NCBI GenBank assembly: GCA_965215605.1
Contig: OZ244070.1
Span: 2,848,001-2,912,000, forward strand
DNA: 64,000 bases
From: an uncultured Candidatus Binatia bacterium
GTDB lineage: Bacteria; Desulfobacterota; Binatia; UBA9968; JAJDTQ01
Direction: 5' to 3'
Under the pieces are notes generated by a model. It saw only the letters and a program-made list of their open reading frames with translations. It made no database searches and was not told the DNA's origin. The position numbers were made by a program, and so were the translations under genes. Below, in pieces: positions 37,817 to 47,664 of this stretch; the stretch's first letter is position 1, and each line of letters begins with the position of its first letter.

Positions 37817-38713
37817 ATGAGCGGTGAAACGGACAAGGTTGGCTCGGCCATCGTTCTGGCCGGCGGCAAGAGCAGCCGCATGGGGCGGCCCAAGGCCATG
37901 CTCCCCTTCGGCGGAGAGCCCCTGATCGTGCAGGTGGTCCGGCGGCTGGGCCTGCTGTTTCCGGACATCGTGGTGGTGGCGGCGCCGGAGCAGGGACTGC
38001 CCGAGCTGCGGGCCACGCTGGTGCGCGACGAGGTGGCGTACCAGGGCCCGGTGGGCGGCATCTGCTACGGACTCGGGGCATGCGGCAGCGCCGCCGCGTT
38101 CGTGACCTCCTGCGATGTGCCGTTCCTCAGTCTTGCCATGGTCTCCCATCTTACATCCCGGCTTCCGGATCACGACGTGGTGGTGCCCTGCTGGGAAGGG
38201 CGCCTGCAACCGTTGCACGCCGTGTACCGGCGCTCGGTGCTGCCGTTGCTGGAGCGGCAGCTCGAGCGGGGCGAGCTGCGGCCGGTGTCTCTCTACGACA
38301 GGGTCCGCACCTTGAAGGTCGAGGAGGACGAGATCCGCACCGTCGATCCGGACGGGTCGAGCTTTTTCAACATGAATTCCCCGGAAGACTACGCCGCCGC
38401 GCTGGCGCGTTGGCAGGATACGGACCCGGCGCCCGGGCGCTGCGAGGTGGAGCTGCTCGGCGTGGCCCGGCTGCGGGCTCGGACCGGCCGGGTTTCGGTG
38501 GAGCTGCCGGAGCCGGCGACACTGGCGCAGGTGCTGTCGGTACTGGCCCGCATGCTGCCGGCGCTGGTGGGTCCGGTCATCACGGCGGCGGGGGACGGCC
38601 TCACCGCCGGCCACGTGTGCAACCTCAACGGGCGCGACTTCGTGCGGGACACCAGCCGCTCGGTAGCGCCCGGGGACCGGCTGCTCATCATGTCCAGCGA
38701 TGCCGGGGGATGA
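37817..38713 (+). CDS. mobA: Molybdenum cofactor guanylyltransferase fused to a C-terminal MoaD/ThiS-like domain
   Basis: LAGGKSSRMG.PKA, GPVGGI, CDVP, QPLHAVY and FNMNSPED, then a ubiquitin-like domain ending DAGG. Confidence 0.88.
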   Translation: MSGETDKVGSAIVLAGGKSSRMGRPKAMLPFGGEPLIVQVVRRLGLLFPDIVVVAAPEQGLPELRATLVRDEVAYQGPVGGICYGLGACGSAAAFVTSCDVPFLSLAMVSHLTSRLPDHDVVVPCWEGRLQPLHAVYRRSVLPLLERQLERGELRPVSLYDRVRTLKVEEDEIRTVDPDGSSFFNMNSPEDYAAALARWQDTDPAPGRCEVELLGVARLRARTGRVSVELPEPATLAQVLSVLARMLPALVGPVITAAGDGLTAGHVCNLNGRDFVRDTSRSVAPGDRLLIMSSDAGG

Positions 38714-40524
38714 ACGTGCACGGGTTTCACGACAGCCTGCTGCACGTGGATCTGGGCACCGGCCGTCACCGCCGGCAGGCCATCGGTGAGCATCGTCTGC
38801 GGGCCTTCCTCGGCGGCATCGGCCTCGGCACGAGCCTGCTCTACGACTTCGCGCCGCCGGGCGTGGAGCCGCTGGCGCCGGAGAACCCCCTGATCTTCGC
38901 CAGCGCGCCGCTGGCGGGAACCGGACTTACCACCACCGCCAAGTACGCGGTGGTGACGAAGTCCCCCCTCACCGGTTTCATCGCCGACTCGCTGTCGTCC
39001 AGCTTCTTCGCGCTGGAGCTCAAGGCGGTGGGCGTCGACGCGGTGGTGGTCACCGGCCGGGCTCCGGTCCCGTCCTGTCTGTACATCGACAACGGCGGCG
39101 TGGAGGTACGGGACGCGCGTCACCTCTGGGGGCGGAGCGCCGCCGACTCCGAGACCGCCATCCGCGCGGAGCTTCACAACGATGCCGTGAGGGTAGCCGC
39201 GGTGGGCGCCGCCGGCGAGAACCGGGTGCGTTTCGCCACCATCAGCAACGAGGGCCGGCACGCGGGACGGGGCGGCGTGGGCGCCGTCATGGGCTCCAAG
39301 AACCTCAAGGCCATCGCCTTGTCCGGCAACGCCCGGGTGCCGGTGGCGGACCCCGGGGGGGTGGCCGCGGCGGCCGCGGCCCTGCGGCAACGGAGCCTGG
39401 GGGAGCACACCGCCAAGTACCGGGAGATCGGCACCGTCGCCAACCTGGCGGTATTCGACCGGCTCGGCGCCTTGCCCACCCGCAATTTCCAGCAGCCCAC
39501 CTTTGCCGAAGCCGACAGCCTCAGCGGCGAGAGCCTCACCGAGAACAGTTTCAGCCGCCGGCACGGCTGCGCTTCCTGCACCATACGCTGCGAGCGCCTG
39601 TTCAAGTCGTTGTCCGGGAACGAGCAGCGCATGGAGTACGAGACCCTGTTCGCCCTGGGGCCGCTGTGCGGCCTCGAAGACCCGGAGGCGGTGCTGGAGG
39701 CGGCCCGGCTGTGCGACGCGTACGGGCTCGACAGCATCAGCACCGGCGGCACTCTGGCCTGGGCCATGGAGTGCGTGGAACGGGGCCTGCTGCCGGAGGC
39801 CGGCGACCTGCGCTTCGGCTCGGCGGAGGCCGTGCTGGCCGCCATTCCGGCCATCGCCGAACGCCGGGGCGTCGGCGACCTCCTGGCCGAGGGCTCCCGG
39901 CGAGCGGCGTTGGCTTTGGGCCGCGGTTCCCTGGACTGGGCGATGCAGGTGAAGGGGTTGGAGTTGCCGGGCTACGAGCCCCGGAGCCTCAAGACCATGG
40001 CCCTGGGCTTGGCGGTGAGCCCCCGGGGCGCCTGCCACAACCGGTCCGGCGCCTACGAGGCCGATTTTTCCGGCGAGGTGGACCGTCTGAGCTCCGGGCC
40101 GGGCCGGGGCGCGCTGGTGGCGGCCTCGGAAGACCATGCCGCCGCGCAGGACTCCCTCATCGTGTGCAAGTTCCTGAGGCGGTGCTTCCACGACTTTTAC
40201 GGCGAGGCCGCAGACCTGCTGGCGAAGGTCACGGGCTGGGACTACAGCGCGGACGAGCTGCGGCGCACGGCGGAACGGATCCATACCCTCAAGCGCTGGT
40301 TCAACCAGCGCGAGGGCTGGCGCCCGGAGGATGACGGGCTGCCGCCCCGGGTGCTCACGGAATCCCTGGCCACGGGGGTGGCCCAAGGGACACGCCTCAC
40401 CCGCGACGAGCTTCAGGGGATGATCCGGGACTACTACGGCGCCCGCCGGTGGGACGAGAGCGGCCGCATCCCGGAGGCCAGGCTGAGAGAGCTGGATCTG
40501 CCGGGCGGCCGGGAGGGGGCCTGA
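38710..40524 (+). CDS. Aldehyde:ferredoxin oxidoreductase (tungsten AOR family)
   Basis: KSPLTG, GRGGVGAVMGSKNLKAI, CASCTIRC, EYET, GLDSISTG and RGACH motifs. Confidence 0.93.
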   Translation: MNVHGFHDSLLHVDLGTGRHRRQAIGEHRLRAFLGGIGLGTSLLYDFAPPGVEPLAPENPLIFASAPLAGTGLTTTAKYAVVTKSPLTGFIADSLSSSFFALELKAVGVDAVVVTGRAPVPSCLYIDNGGVEVRDARHLWGRSAADSETAIRAELHNDAVRVAAVGAAGENRVRFATISNEGRHAGRGGVGAVMGSKNLKAIALSGNARVPVADPGGVAAAAAALRQRSLGEHTAKYREIGTVANLAVFDRLGALPTRNFQQPTFAEADSLSGESLTENSFSRRHGCASCTIRCERLFKSLSGNEQRMEYETLFALGPLCGLEDPEAVLEAARLCDAYGLDSISTGGTLAWAMECVERGLLPEAGDLRFGSAEAVLAAIPAIAERRGVGDLLAEGSRRAALALGRGSLDWAMQVKGLELPGYEPRSLKTMALGLAVSPRGACHNRSGAYEADFSGEVDRLSSGPGRGALVAASEDHAAAQDSLIVCKFLRRCFHDFYGEAADLLAKVTGWDYSADELRRTAERIHTLKRWFNQREGWRPEDDGLPPRVLTESLATGVAQGTRLTRDELQGMIRDYYGARRWDESGRIPEARLRELDLPGGREGA

Positions 40525-40528
40525 CAAC

Positions 40529-42226
40529 ATGGCCGGCCAACAGCCGCCGCGGCGAAGGCACCCCGGCGCGGGCCGGCGCCGCGGCCGCGACCGTCCCAGG
40601 GGGCGGCAGGTCGACCCGGAAGCGCTGGAGCAGGTCCGCGCGCTGCTGGGTGACCGGCCGCGGCGCCGGGACCTCCTGATCGAGCACCTGCACCGCATCC
40701 AGGACCGGTACCACATGCTGTCGGCGCCCCATCTGTCGGCGCTGGCGGACGAGATGCGCCTGCCCCTGGCGGAGGTCTACGAGGTGGCGACGTTCTACGC
40801 CCACTTCGACGTGGCCCGGGACGGCAAGGCCCCGGCCGCGGAGCTCACCGTGCGGGTGTGCGACGGCCTGGTGTGCGAGATGATGGGCGCCGGGGGACTG
40901 CTGGAGGGGCTGCCCGGCGCGCTGGGAGAGGACGTTCGAGTGGCGCCGGGGCCCTGCATGGGCGGCTGTGACTGCGCTCCAATGGTGCGGGTGGAGCGCC
41001 GCACCGTGGTGAGGGCCACCGTGGACGGGGTGGCGGCCTCGGTCCGGCGTCGAGACGTGGAGCCCGAGATGCCGCCGTACAGGGACTACCGGGAATACGT
41101 GGCGGACGGCGGCTACACGCTCCTGAAGGCGTGCCTCGGGGGCGCCCCGAGCCGGGAGGAGGTGGTGGAGAAGGTGACTGCGTCCGGGCTTCGGGGTCTG
41201 GGCGGCGCCGGCTTTCCCACCGGCCGCAAGTGGCAGATCGTGCGCGGCTATCCCGGCCCGCGGCTCATGACCGTGAACGCGGACGAGGGCGAGCCCGGCA
41301 CCTTCAAGGACCGCTACTTCATGGAGGGCGACCCGCACCGGTTCCTGGAGGGGGTGCTGGTGGCGGCGTGGGCGGTGGAAGCGGAAGCCGCCTACATCTA
41401 TCTGCGGGACGAGTACGCGGAGGCCCGGGAGATCCTGTCGCGGGAGTTGCCGAAGCTTCGGGACGCCGGGCTGGACGCGCATTCGGAGGTGCATCTCCGC
41501 CGCGGCGCCGGAGCGTACATCTGCGGCGAGGAGTCGGCCATGATCGAGAGCATCGAGGGCAAGCGCGGGCTGCCGCGGCACCGGCCGCCCTACGTCGCCG
41601 AGACAGGCCTGTTCGGCCGGCCCACCCTGGTGCAGAACGTCGAGACCCTCTACTGGATACGGGACATCGTCGAGAAGGGCCCGGAGTGGTTCACGGCCCA
41701 GGGCCGCAACGGCGGCGCCGGCCTCCATGCCTACTCGGTGTCAGGCCGGGTGGCGCGACCGGGAGTGAAGATCGCGCCCACCGGCATCACCGCGCGGGAA
41801 CTGATCGACGAGTATTGCGGCGGCATGCTGCCGGGCCACCGGCTCAAGGGCTACCTTCCCGGCGGCGCCTCGGGCGGCATGTTGCCGGCCTCCATGGCGG
41901 ACCTTCCGCTCCAGTTCGGGTCTTTGGAGCAGCACGGTTGTTTCGTCGGTTCTCACGGCGTCGTGGTCCTGAGCGACCATGACGACGTCAAGGCGGTGGT
42001 CCGCAACCTGATGCGGTTCTTCAAGCACGAGAGCTGCGGCCAGTGCACGCCGTGCCGGGTGGGGACGGAAAAGGCCGTGACGCTGCTGGAGCGGCCCTCG
42101 TGGGACGAGCCCCTGCTGGAGGCGCTGGGCGACGCCATGACCGACGCCTCCATCTGCGGCCTCGGACAGGCGGCGCCCAACTCGGTGCGCTGCGCCTTCC
42201 GCTACTTCCGGGAGGATCTGTCGTGA
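40529..42226 (+). CDS. NAD-linked formate dehydrogenase flavin subunit (NuoE/NuoF fusion)
   Basis: YEVATFY, GLRGLGGAGFPTG.KW, NADEGEPGTFKD, YICGEE and ESCGQCTPCR motifs. Confidence 0.93.
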   Translation: MAGQQPPRRRHPGAGRRRGRDRPRGRQVDPEALEQVRALLGDRPRRRDLLIEHLHRIQDRYHMLSAPHLSALADEMRLPLAEVYEVATFYAHFDVARDGKAPAAELTVRVCDGLVCEMMGAGGLLEGLPGALGEDVRVAPGPCMGGCDCAPMVRVERRTVVRATVDGVAASVRRRDVEPEMPPYRDYREYVADGGYTLLKACLGGAPSREEVVEKVTASGLRGLGGAGFPTGRKWQIVRGYPGPRLMTVNADEGEPGTFKDRYFMEGDPHRFLEGVLVAAWAVEAEAAYIYLRDEYAEAREILSRELPKLRDAGLDAHSEVHLRRGAGAYICGEESAMIESIEGKRGLPRHRPPYVAETGLFGRPTLVQNVETLYWIRDIVEKGPEWFTAQGRNGGAGLHAYSVSGRVARPGVKIAPTGITARELIDEYCGGMLPGHRLKGYLPGGASGGMLPASMADLPLQFGSLEQHGCFVGSHGVVVLSDHDDVKAVVRNLMRFFKHESCGQCTPCRVGTEKAVTLLERPSWDEPLLEALGDAMTDASICGLGQAAPNSVRCAFRYFREDLS

Positions 42227-44970
42227 GCGGGCCCGTGCGGTTCATCCTCGACGGCCGCGAGGTGGAGGCCGCCGCCGGCGAGACCATCTGGCAGGCGGCC
42301 GAGCGCAACGGCACGGTGCTGCCGCACCTGTGCTACGACCCGCAACCCGGCTACCGGCCGGACGGAAACTGCCGCGCCTGCATGGTGGAGGTGGAAGGGG
42401 AGCGCGCGCTGGCCGCTTCGTGCATCCGGCGCCCGACGTCCGGCATGACCGTGAGCACCGGCAGCGAACGGGCCCGGAAGGCGCGCGGGATGGTGCTGGA
42501 GCTGTTGATGGCGGACCAGCCCCGGCGCGAGGCGGCACACGACTCCCGGTCGCGTTTGTGGCAGTGGGCCGAACGGCTGGAGGTGACGGGAAGCCGGTTC
42601 CCGGCCCGCGAGGCCCCCGCGCCCGACGCCAGCCATCCGGCCATGCGGGTGGCGCTCGACGCCTGCATCCACTGCACCCTGTGCGTGCGCGCCTGCCGCG
42701 AGGTGCAGGTGAACGACGTCATCGGCATGGCCTACCGCGGCGCCGGCGCCAAGGTGGTGTTCGACTTCGATGACCCCATGGGCGAGAGCACCTGCGTGGC
42801 CTGCGGGGAGTGCGTGCAGGCCTGTCCCACCGGCGCCCTGACGCCCGCGTCGCTGGTGGACGCCGCCGGCGTGGACAAGCGCGAGGCCCTCGACGAGGTG
42901 CCCAGCGTCTGCCCTTATTGCGGCGTGGGCTGCCAGATCGACTACCTGGTGAAGGACAATGCCATCGCCGCGGTGCGGGGGCGCCAGGGACCGTCCAACC
43001 GCGGCCGGCTGTGCGTCAAGGGGCGTTTCGGTTTCGACTACGTCAGCCATCCGCACCGGCTCACCGTCCCGCTCATCCGCCGGGAGGACGCGCCCAAGGA
43101 TGCCTCGGCCGACATCGACCCGGCGAATCCCTACAGCCATTTCCGGGAGGCCAGCTGGGAGGAGGCGTTGGACGCGGCCGCCGGCGGTCTCCGGAAGATA
43201 CGGGACCGGGACGGCGGCGGCGCCTTGGCGGGTTACGGCTCCGCCAAGGGCTCCAACGAGGAGGCGTACCTGGTGCAGAAGCTCGTGCGCACGGGCTTCG
43301 GCACCAACAACGTGGATCATTGCACCCGGCTCTGCCACGCCTCCTCGGTGGCGGCGTTGATGGAGGGCATCGGCTCCGCCGCGGTGACCGCGCCCTTCAC
43401 CGCCTGCGAGGACTCCGACGTCATCGTCGTCATCGGCGCCAACCCCACGGAGAACCATCCGGTGGCGGCCACCTATTTCAAGCAGGCCGCCAAACGCGGG
43501 GCCGAGCTTATCGTCCTGGATCCCCGGGGCCAAGCCTTGCGGCGGCACGCCACCTGGATGCTCCAGTTCAAGCCCGGCGCCGACGTGGCGCTGCTCAACG
43601 CGCTGCTCAACGTTATCGTCGAGGAAGGGCTCTACGACCGCGACTACGTGGCCGCCCACACCGAAGGTTTCGAGGAGCTGAAGCGGCACGTGGCCGAGTT
43701 CACGCCGGAAGCCATGGCGGCCGTGTGCGGCGTGGACGCCGGCACCCTGCGCTCGGTGGCGCGGCTCTACGCCGGCGCCGCCGCCGCCATGATCTTCTGG
43801 GGCATGGGCATCTCGCAGCACATCCACGGCACCGACAACGCCCGCTGCCTCATCGCCCTGGCGCTGGTCACCGGACAGGTGGGGAGGCCCGGCACCGGGC
43901 TGCACCCGCTGCGCGGCCAGAACAACGTGCAGGGAGCGTCCGACGCTGGCCTCATTCCCATGTTCTATCCCGACTACCGGCCGGTGGAGGAAGCCGGCAC
44001 GCGCCGGCGTTTCGAGGAAGTCTGGGAGATGGCGCTGGATCCAGGGCAGGGGCTCACGGTGATGGAGATCATGGACGCGGTGCATGCCGGCCAGATCAAG
44101 GGCATCTACATCATGGGCGAGAACCCGGCCATGTCGGACCCCGACGTCCGGCACGCGCGGGAAGGCCTCGCCAGGCTCGAGCATCTGGTGGTGCAGGAGA
44201 TCTTCCTCACCGAGACGGCCTTTCACGCGGACGTGGTGCTGCCGGCCTCGGCGTGGCCGGAAAAGACCGGCACCGTCACCAACAGCAACCGCCAGGTGCA
44301 GATGGGGCGGGCGGCGCTGCAGCCCCCCGCCGGTGTCCGGCAGGACTGGTGGATCATCCAGGAGCTGGCGCGGCGCATGGGCCTCGAATGGAACTACGCC
44401 GGGCCGGCCGACGTCTTCGCGGAGATGAAACGGGTCATGCCGTCCCTCGACCACATCACTTGGGACCGGGTGGAGCGGGAAAGCTCGGTGACCTATCCGT
44501 GCACGGCCCCGGACCTGCCGGGTGCCGACATCGTGTTCGGCGAGGGGTTTCCCACGGCAAGCGGACGGGGGAGGCTCGTGCCCGTGGACATCATCCCCCC
44601 CGACGAGCAACCCGACGAGGCGTTCCCGATGATCCTCAGCACCGGCCGGCAACTGGAGCACTGGCATACCGGCGCCATCACGCGGCGCGCCAGCGTGCTG
44701 GACGAGCTGGAGCCCGAGGCGGTGGCCAATCTCTCCCCCGGGGAGTTGCGCCGGCTAGGCGTGTCCCCCGGAGCGCTGGTGCGCGTATCGACCCGCCGGG
44801 GCTTCATCGAGATCAAGTCGCGGGTGGACAGCGCGGTCCCCGACGGATGCGTCTTCATTCCCTTCTGTTTCGCCGAGGCGGCGGTCAACCTTTTGACCAA
44901 CCCGGCGCTGGATCCCTACGGCAAGATTCCCGAGTACAAGTTCTGCGCGGCGCGTGTGGAGCCGCTGTAG
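42223..44970 (+). CDS. fdhF: Formate dehydrogenase alpha subunit (Cys-type, Mo/W-bisPGD)
   Basis: 2Fe-2S and 4Fe-4S motifs, CPYCGVGC, DHCTRLCHAS, LRGQNNVQG and KIPEYK. GTG overlaps the previous stop. Confidence 0.94.
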   Translation: MSGPVRFILDGREVEAAAGETIWQAAERNGTVLPHLCYDPQPGYRPDGNCRACMVEVEGERALAASCIRRPTSGMTVSTGSERARKARGMVLELLMADQPRREAAHDSRSRLWQWAERLEVTGSRFPAREAPAPDASHPAMRVALDACIHCTLCVRACREVQVNDVIGMAYRGAGAKVVFDFDDPMGESTCVACGECVQACPTGALTPASLVDAAGVDKREALDEVPSVCPYCGVGCQIDYLVKDNAIAAVRGRQGPSNRGRLCVKGRFGFDYVSHPHRLTVPLIRREDAPKDASADIDPANPYSHFREASWEEALDAAAGGLRKIRDRDGGGALAGYGSAKGSNEEAYLVQKLVRTGFGTNNVDHCTRLCHASSVAALMEGIGSAAVTAPFTACEDSDVIVVIGANPTENHPVAATYFKQAAKRGAELIVLDPRGQALRRHATWMLQFKPGADVALLNALLNVIVEEGLYDRDYVAAHTEGFEELKRHVAEFTPEAMAAVCGVDAGTLRSVARLYAGAAAAMIFWGMGISQHIHGTDNARCLIALALVTGQVGRPGTGLHPLRGQNNVQGASDAGLIPMFYPDYRPVEEAGTRRRFEEVWEMALDPGQGLTVMEIMDAVHAGQIKGIYIMGENPAMSDPDVRHAREGLARLEHLVVQEIFLTETAFHADVVLPASAWPEKTGTVTNSNRQVQMGRAALQPPAGVRQDWWIIQELARRMGLEWNYAGPADVFAEMKRVMPSLDHITWDRVERESSVTYPCTAPDLPGADIVFGEGFPTASGRGRLVPVDIIPPDEQPDEAFPMILSTGRQLEHWHTGAITRRASVLDELEPEAVANLSPGELRRLGVSPGALVRVSTRRGFIEIKSRVDSAVPDGCVFIPFCFAEAAVNLLTNPALDPYGKIPEYKFCAARVEPL

Positions 44971-45028
44971 CGGATGCGGACGAGGATGTTCGATGGCCGC
45001 CGGCAGGAGTTCCAGCGACGGCCCGGGA

Positions 45029-45100
45029 TCAGTATTCGAGCAGTACGGCGATGGCGAGGCTGACGGCGATGGACAGACCTATGACGAGCCAGACTTCCAA
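45029..45100 (-). CDS. Putative 23-aa single-pass membrane micropeptide MEVWLVIGLSIAVSLAIAVLLEY
   Basis: AAGGAGGT (45112-45105) lies 4 nt before the TTG. The peptide has a continuous hydrophobic stretch and is below the ORF-track size cutoff. Confidence 0.6.
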   Translation of the reverse strand: MEVWLVIGLSIAVSLAIAVLLEY

Positions 45101-45127
45101 GACGACCTCCTTTAAAGTAACTCTAAC

Positions 45128-45156
45128 AAAAAAAATTCTGTAAGTCAAACTTACAG
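45128..45156 (-). terminator. Intrinsic terminator/attenuator upstream of the micropeptide
   Basis: CTGTAAGT-TTG-ACTTACAG 8-bp stem followed by AA and T8. Confidence 0.7.
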
Positions 45157-45291
45157 CACTGATTCTGCGAAACCAATTCTCCGATTCAGGGTGAAACCGA
45201 GACGGCGCGTACCGGGAAACAGTCGCTTCAACGCAGATGGGAAAGGACTCCCGGCGACCGGGAGCTCAGACGGCTGACAACTCGTGAAGTC
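45128..45291 (-). ncRNA. Candidate sRNA or riboswitch-like leader (~165 nt)
   Basis: Bounded by a promoter and a terminator. Stems: CTCCCGG/CCGGGAG (45248-45264), TCTGCG/CGCAGA (45164-45169/45232-45237), and a basal stem 45266-45276/45154-45162. Confidence 0.5.
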
Positions 45292-45297
45292 TTTTTA

Positions 45298-45326
45298 AAT
45301 TTAACTGGTTAGAGGGCTTTTTTCAA
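45298..45326 (-). promoter_or_regulatory. sigma70-like promoter
   Basis: TTGAAA (45326-45321)-N17-TAAATT (45303-45298) in an AT-rich patch. Confidence 0.6.
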
Positions 45327-45421
45327 GTAGAGTGGACGGATCCGCCGGTCATTCTTTCAAATTGGCTAAAACGGTTGACGTTACCGTCGGCGGAGCTGCG
45401 GCGGTGTTTCGTATCGCGTCC

Positions 45422-45994
45422 TCAGAAGCTCACTTTCGGCGTCTCTCGGGCCGCTTCCTCCACCCTGAAGTACTCGGCCTTCTCAACGCCGGCCAGGTCC
45501 GCGTAGAACCGGCCCGGCAGCCTTCGCACGAACGTATTGACCGCGGTGACGCTGTCGTTGAACCGCTTTCGCTCCACCGCCAGGCGGTTCTCTGTGCCTT
45601 CGAGTTGGTCCTGGAGCTTCAGGAACGACTGGTTGGACTTCAGCTGCGGGTATTGTTCCCGAAGCACGAGCAGCCGGGACAATGCCCGCTCGAAGCCGAC
45701 GGCGGCCTGGGCCTTCTGGTTGACCGTGTTGGCCTGGAAGTAGGCTTTGCGGGCGTTGGCCACGCCCAGGAAGATCTTCTCCTCCTGCTTGGCGACCCCC
45801 TTGACCGTTTCCAGCAGGTTGGGAATCAGCTCGAAGCGCCGCTGGAGCTGGTTCTCCACCTGCGCCCACTGGTTCTTGACCCCCTCGTCCAGGGTGATGG
45901 CGCGGTTGTAGCCGTTGAGGACACAGCCGCCCGCCAGCAACACCATCCCGACGATGGCAGCCAGCCCCACCAGCAAAATTCTCGATGCGCTCAA
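45422..45994 (-). CDS. lemA: LemA family protein
   Basis: YN, WAQVENQLQRRFELIPNL, EQYPQLKSN and LEGTENR motifs. Confidence 0.94.
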   Translation of the reverse strand: MSASRILLVGLAAIVGMVLLAGGCVLNGYNRAITLDEGVKNQWAQVENQLQRRFELIPNLLETVKGVAKQEEKIFLGVANARKAYFQANTVNQKAQAAVGFERALSRLLVLREQYPQLKSNQSFLKLQDQLEGTENRLAVERKRFNDSVTAVNTFVRRLPGRFYADLAGVEKAEYFRVEEAARETPKVSF

Positions 45995-46106
45995 CCTTCT
46001 CTCCCTTCCCCTACGAGTTATCCACGGATCGTGCAGCCAGTCAACGTACGCGCCGGTTCCAAACCCGTCCGTGCCACGTCCGACAGGGAGCCGCGATCAG
46101 TGGGTG

Positions 46107-46952
46107 TCACCAGCCGGCTCCGCCGCCACCACCCCCGAAGCCGCCGCCGCCGCCGAAGGAACCCCCGAAGCCGCCGCCGAAGCCCCCTCCGAGACCTCCG
46201 CCTGAGCCACCCCAGGAACGCCCGCCGCCTCCGAGGAGGCTACCGAGGACCGCTCCCATCAGCAAACCGGAAGCCGCGCCCCGGCCTCCCCACGCCGTGC
46301 GATGACGGCGCCGGCGTAGCGAGCTCAGGAAGAACAGGCCTATCAGCACGGGCATCAGCGAGCCGCCGATGCCCGTGCCGGTCACGCGCCGCCGGCCGCT
46401 GCGGATTCGGTAGTCGGGCGCTCCGGTGAGCTTCACCCGCGCCGCGTCCGCCACCCGGTTGGCCGTGGCGACGGTGAGGGCAAACAAACCCTCGGCATAT
46501 TTTCCTGTCCTGAAGAAATCCTGGGCCACCCGTCGCGAAGCGGTGCCGGCCCAGGAGTCGGGCAGCACCCCTTCAAGGCCGTACCCGGTGTGTACCCGCA
46601 CCCTCCGCTCCTTCACGGTCAAGGTGATGAGCGCGCCGTTGTCCTTGCCCTTGCGGCCGAGCTTCCAGGCCTCGGCGTGGCGCTGCACGAAGCCGAAGAA
46701 GTCTTCTCCGTCCGTCGTGGGAACGGTCAGGACCTTGACTTGGGCCGTGGTCTTCCGCTCCAGCTCCCGCAGCCACCCCTCCATCCGCCGTTCGGTGGCG
46801 GCGTCGATGAGACCGGCCTTGTCCACCACGTACGTTCCCGGATCCTTGACCGTGACCGCCGCGCCCGCCGCCGAAGCGAGCAGCGCCAGTGCGGCAAGGC
46901 ACACGGCCAGCAGCACCGGCCCGAGCGGGAAGCGGGCGAGCCTACCAGGCAT
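46107..46952 (-). CDS. TPM-domain protein with Gly-rich tail (YgcG-like)
   Basis: VVDKAG, WKLG.KG.DNG, GYGLEG.LPD and a tail ending GGGGAGW. Confidence 0.9.
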   Translation of the reverse strand: MPGRLARFPLGPVLLAVCLAALALLASAAGAAVTVKDPGTYVVDKAGLIDAATERRMEGWLRELERKTTAQVKVLTVPTTDGEDFFGFVQRHAEAWKLGRKGKDNGALITLTVKERRVRVHTGYGLEGVLPDSWAGTASRRVAQDFFRTGKYAEGLFALTVATANRVADAARVKLTGAPDYRIRSGRRRVTGTGIGGSLMPVLIGLFFLSSLRRRRHRTAWGGRGAASGLLMGAVLGSLLGGGGRSWGGSGGGLGGGFGGGFGGSFGGGGGFGGGGGGAGW

Positions 46953-47664
46953 TGATATGAGTCCTCAGGGCGTCCACGTCCGCGTAAAGGGTCTTGAACT
47001 CCTCCCATCCGTGACCACTGCTGTTGTCGACGGCGCTTCGAACCCCCGGCAGCGATCGCTGAATGCCGCCCTCGACAGCCGCCACCGCATCCAGCGCCGC
47101 CCTGGGCTCGGTGTCGCCGTGCAGCCACAGCAATCCACGCAGGGACCGCAACAGGCGCTCCCCCACGTCCACCTCCACGGTCGTCAGGGCCTTGTCCCGG
47201 CCCGCCGCGGCCAGCAGTGCCTGCCGCATGCCGAGCTGGATGGTCTTGATCTCCCGCTCGCACTCGTGCCTTATGTCCGCGGCCTGGAGGGGCAGCTCCC
47301 GGAAGTAGTCCTCGCCGAACACGCAAATGTGGTGCTGGGCGATCTCCAGGAACTCGAGCGGAAAGGTATCCATGGACGCGTCGATGTATTCCGGCGTCAT
47401 GATGAGCGGCGCGGCGATGCGCGCCTTCCCGAGCCGTGGACCCTGCCGCGCCAACCGGTGCAGCATGTCCAGATCCACATCGCCCACCACGAAGACGCTC
47501 CGGGCCGTGTGGGACCGGGCATTGAAGGTGCCGGCGGCAACGGCGCCGAACAGCGTCAACGACCGGGCGTTGTCACCGGCGAGTTCCTTGAGGGTCTCCG
47601 CGTAGCGCCCGAGCGGCGCGCGCATGGATTCCGGTGCGCCTTCCAGGTTGTATTCTTCCGGCAT
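46942..47664 (-). CDS. Hypothetical protein, degenerate nucleotidyltransferase-like, in the lemA operon
   Basis: LFGAVA..G, DTFPLEFLEI..H...FGED and CERE motifs; GGAGG RBS. Confidence 0.7.
   Translation of the reverse strand: MPEEYNLEGAPESMRAPLGRYAETLKELAGDNARSLTLFGAVAAGTFNARSHTARSVFVVGDVDLDMLHRLARQGPRLGKARIAAPLIMTPEYIDASMDTFPLEFLEIAQHHICVFGEDYFRELPLQAADIRHECEREIKTIQLGMRQALLAAAGRDKALTTVEVDVGERLLRSLRGLLWLHGDTEPRAALDAVAAVEGGIQRSLPGVRSAVDNSSGHGWEEFKTLYADVDALRTHINAW

Noticed and set aside
45177-45250. Plus-strand resemblance to a Moco/Wco riboswitch (CTCCGA, AGGGT, GGAAAC, GGAAAGGA)
   Set aside because: It lies downstream of the fdh operon with no plus-strand gene following. P1 pairing is poor, and the promoter and terminator signals point to the minus strand.
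46120-46235. Repetitive CCGCCGCCGAAG tract
   Set aside because: It encodes the ordinary Gly-rich tail of the TPM protein and is not a CRISPR or other DNA repeat.
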